DNA of 32,000 nucleotides from Candidatus Saccharimonadota bacterium (GTDB lineage Bacteria; Pseudomonadota; Alphaproteobacteria; Rickettsiales; Anaplasmataceae): NCBI RefSeq assembly GCF_013365475.1, contig NZ_CP046579.1, positions 240,001 to 272,000 of the forward strand, read 5' to 3'. Shown piece by piece: positions 30,002 to 32,000 of this stretch (position 1 is its first letter; each line of letters starts with the position of its first letter). The notes under the pieces were generated by a model. It saw only the letters and a program-made list of their open reading frames with translations, ran no database searches and was not told where the DNA came from. The position numbers and the translations under genes were made by a program.

Positions 30002-30601
30002 ATGAACATTAACATAAGAAATTTAATCTATGCTTTTTCTAAATTGCCGAGTTTGGGGCCTGCATCATCACGCAGGTTAGTTACATATTTACTTCAAAAT
30101 AGAGAAAATGTTATGCTTCCACTTGCCTCATCAATTAAAGATCTAGCAAATCTTATAGTAAAATGTAAAATCTGTGGAAATTTAGATAGTAAATCACCAT
30201 GTTCTATTTGTACTGATCCAAAACGTGACAATAAGTTAATGTGTGTAGTGGAGGAGTTAGGTGATCTATGGGCTTTTGAGAAAGGGAATATATATTGTGG
30301 TATGTATCATGTTCTAGGTGGTAAATTATCTGCAATAAATGGTATTGGACCAAAAGAACTTAGCCTAAATACTATCCATAAAAGAGTCTTAGAATCCAAG
30401 ATTGGAGAGGTTATCATTGCAATAAATCCAACATTGGATGGTCAGATTACGGTGCAATATATAATTAAATTATTGAAAAATTTAGATGTGAAAATATCAC
30501 ATCTTGCTTGTGGGATACCAATAGGTGGAGAAATTGACTATCTAGACGAGGGAACACTGAAAGCAGCACTCACTTCAAGAAAAGAATATGAGTTAAATTA
30601 A
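30002..30601 (+). CDS. recR: Recombination protein RecR
   Basis: [19 protein letters not shown] (HhH), zinc finger CKICGNL....CSICTD and a Toprim region with VVEE..D. I prefer the ATG of MNINIRNL at 30002; the track extends to 29966. Confidence 0.9.
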   Translation: MNINIRNLIYAFSKLPSLGPASSRRLVTYLLQNRENVMLPLASSIKDLANLIVKCKICGNLDSKSPCSICTDPKRDNKLMCVVEELGDLWAFEKGNIYCGMYHVLGGKLSAINGIGPKELSLNTIHKRVLESKIGEVIIAINPTLDGQITVQYIIKLLKNLDVKISHLACGIPIGGEIDYLDEGTLKAALTSRKEYELN

Positions 30602-30603
30602 GG

Positions 30604-31857
30604 GTGAGGATGTGCTTAGGAAAGCTTATATCACTAATAACCTTAAGAAAAAAAGAATTAGTGCAGGTCCAACCACTTAAGGTGGCAGCTTGGGAAAATG
30701 ACCTCTTAAACTATAGGGAATTTTCAAGCAAATTCAACACTATAATTAAAACAATTAATCAGTCTTTTACAATAATATCTCTAGAAGGGTACAGTGGATG
30801 GGGCAAGACATTTTTTTTAAAAGAATGGGTCAAAGAGTTGAAGCAGCAAGATGAAATAGCGGCTTATTATAGTGCATGGGATATCAATGCATTAGACCAA
30901 CCACTATCTTCTTTTTTAAATTTCTTATTTGAGGATTTGTTTGCATCTTACGAAGTAAAAAGAAGTGTTATACAACGACTCAAGAACATAAATCAAGAGC
31001 TATTCTCTTTGAACACACTGGGAAAGTTGATTAATAAGTCTCCGCTTGCTATGCTTTCTATACTGCTTGATGCTACAAAAGAGGCCGATAAAAATGATAT
31101 TGGCACTGTGCTAAGAGAGTTGAGTATTCTGCAAAAAAGCAAAGAAAATACCAAGGATTTTAAAACACAGTTAATGAAGGTGGTTAGCAGAATCAAAAAA
31201 GGTAAAAGCATTTATATAATGGTAGATGACCTTGATATATGTCGTCCTAAGTTTATTGTTGACTTTTTAGAATCTATAAAATATCTTCTTAATATAGAAG
31301 GTCTTATTTTTATTATTTCTGTTAGTAGGGATAGGAGTAATGTATATAGAGCTATCAAAGCAGTACTTGGGCAAAATTTTGACCTTAGCTCTTTTGCTGA
31401 TCTATCCTTTCATTTGTCAAAACAACCGATAAAAAAATTTACACAAGAATTATTTAAAAGTATAAAGTTATCGAAGAAGCTAAAACAGCTTGTCATAAAC
31501 AGTTTTGTATTTTATGCAGAAAGTTTATCCCTCTCGTTAGGGATGATAGAGCACTGTGTAAAAAAAATGGAACTATGTCTTCTGAACTATACAAAGAAAG
31601 AATTGCTTGCGCCTAACTTACTTTCATTTTTACTGATACTACAATCGGTAGATTGTAGCACATATGAGGAGCTAGATTTTTCATATCAGAAAGCATCGGA
31701 GAAAATTAGAAATGAATATAAGCCTATATTTTTGAGCCGTATGAATGGTAAAGAAGAGTGGGAAAAACTTGAAATTTTCCTTGAGGCAGCTTCTTTTGCA
31801 GAAGAAGGGTCAAAGGCAAGCAAAGCTGTAAGACAGATAAGAGATATATTGTTTTGA
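30604..31857 (+). CDS. KAP-family P-loop NTPase-like protein
   Basis: N-terminal DLLNYREFSSKF, Walker A-like LEGYSGWGKTFFLKEW, AWDINALDQP and Walker B IYIMVDDLDICRPKFIVDFLESIKYLL match the KAP pattern (G.WGsGKT.. / AW.yd / iDDLDRc.P). It starts 2 nt after the recR stop, at GTG 30604 or ATG 30610. Confidence 0.65.
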   Translation: MRMCLGKLISLITLRKKELVQVQPLKVAAWENDLLNYREFSSKFNTIIKTINQSFTIISLEGYSGWGKTFFLKEWVKELKQQDEIAAYYSAWDINALDQPLSSFLNFLFEDLFASYEVKRSVIQRLKNINQELFSLNTLGKLINKSPLAMLSILLDATKEADKNDIGTVLRELSILQKSKENTKDFKTQLMKVVSRIKKGKSIYIMVDDLDICRPKFIVDFLESIKYLLNIEGLIFIISVSRDRSNVYRAIKAVLGQNFDLSSFADLSFHLSKQPIKKFTQELFKSIKLSKKLKQLVINSFVFYAESLSLSLGMIEHCVKKMELCLLNYTKKELLAPNLLSFLLILQSVDCSTYEELDFSYQKASEKIRNEYKPIFLSRMNGKEEWEKLEIFLEAASFAEEGSKASKAVRQIRDILF

Positions 31858-32000
31858 AAACACCTTTTGACCTTTTAGGTATCTTGCTTCTTGAGTAAGA
31901 ATTGATGGGTTTTTCTTGCTTAGTGTTTAAGAAATTTTAGGTCCTAATTCATTTTTTAGAGCTGTTAACACTTCACTTTTTTGTAATTTTATGCATGAAT

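Noticed and set aside
1-32000. Looked for CRISPR arrays, long tandem repeats, IS/transposase or integrase ORFs, phage genes, rRNA, tmRNA, RNase P RNA and SRP RNA signatures
   Set aside because: I found no regularly spaced direct repeats, no transposase- or integrase-like ORF, and none of the conserved RNA strings I searched for by eye (such as GAGGAAAGTCC and GGTTCGA-type T-loops apart from tRNA-Val). Structured ncRNAs cannot be excluded without covariance-model searches.

Overview
The window is strongly AT-rich and looks like the eroding genome of an obligate-intracellular alphaproteobacterium (Rickettsiales/Anaplasmataceae, Wolbachia- or Ehrlichia-like). I cannot resolve the organism without a database search. 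I can support about 26 housekeeping genes: petA, gyrA, tRNA-Val, thyX, murA, acpS, proS, PBP2, folD, ubiX, a CNNM/CBS protein, argD, lepB, hscA-hscB-iscA-iscU, ftsY, rpsP, ispB, grpE, trpS, recR and a KAP NTPase. They sit in tight clusters, several with 1-23 nt overlaps. These clusters are separated by four kb-scale tracts with no ORF of 60 or more codons, about 6.5 kb or 20% of the window.

The main finding is ORF 9572..10771 on the minus strand. It combines an N-terminal bilobed hydrophobic hairpin with a complete WH2-Central-Acidic (VCA/WCA) module that aligns motif for motif with eukaryotic WASP-family Arp2/3 activators. This marks it as a candidate host-actin effector. From memory, WAS(p)-like candidate effectors have been reported in Wolbachia, so novelty must be checked by search.

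The window also shows active gene erosion. hscA is split by a frameshift in a 6-nt G tract, and the adjacent hscB lacks the J-domain HPD tripeptide. A GapR/DUF2312-like gene that the ORF track misses is frameshifted at an A tract. The CNNM/CBS gene has lost its C-terminal CorC_HlyC domain, which persists downstream as an out-of-frame remnant.

I saw no rRNA, CRISPR array, recognisable IS element or prophage gene.
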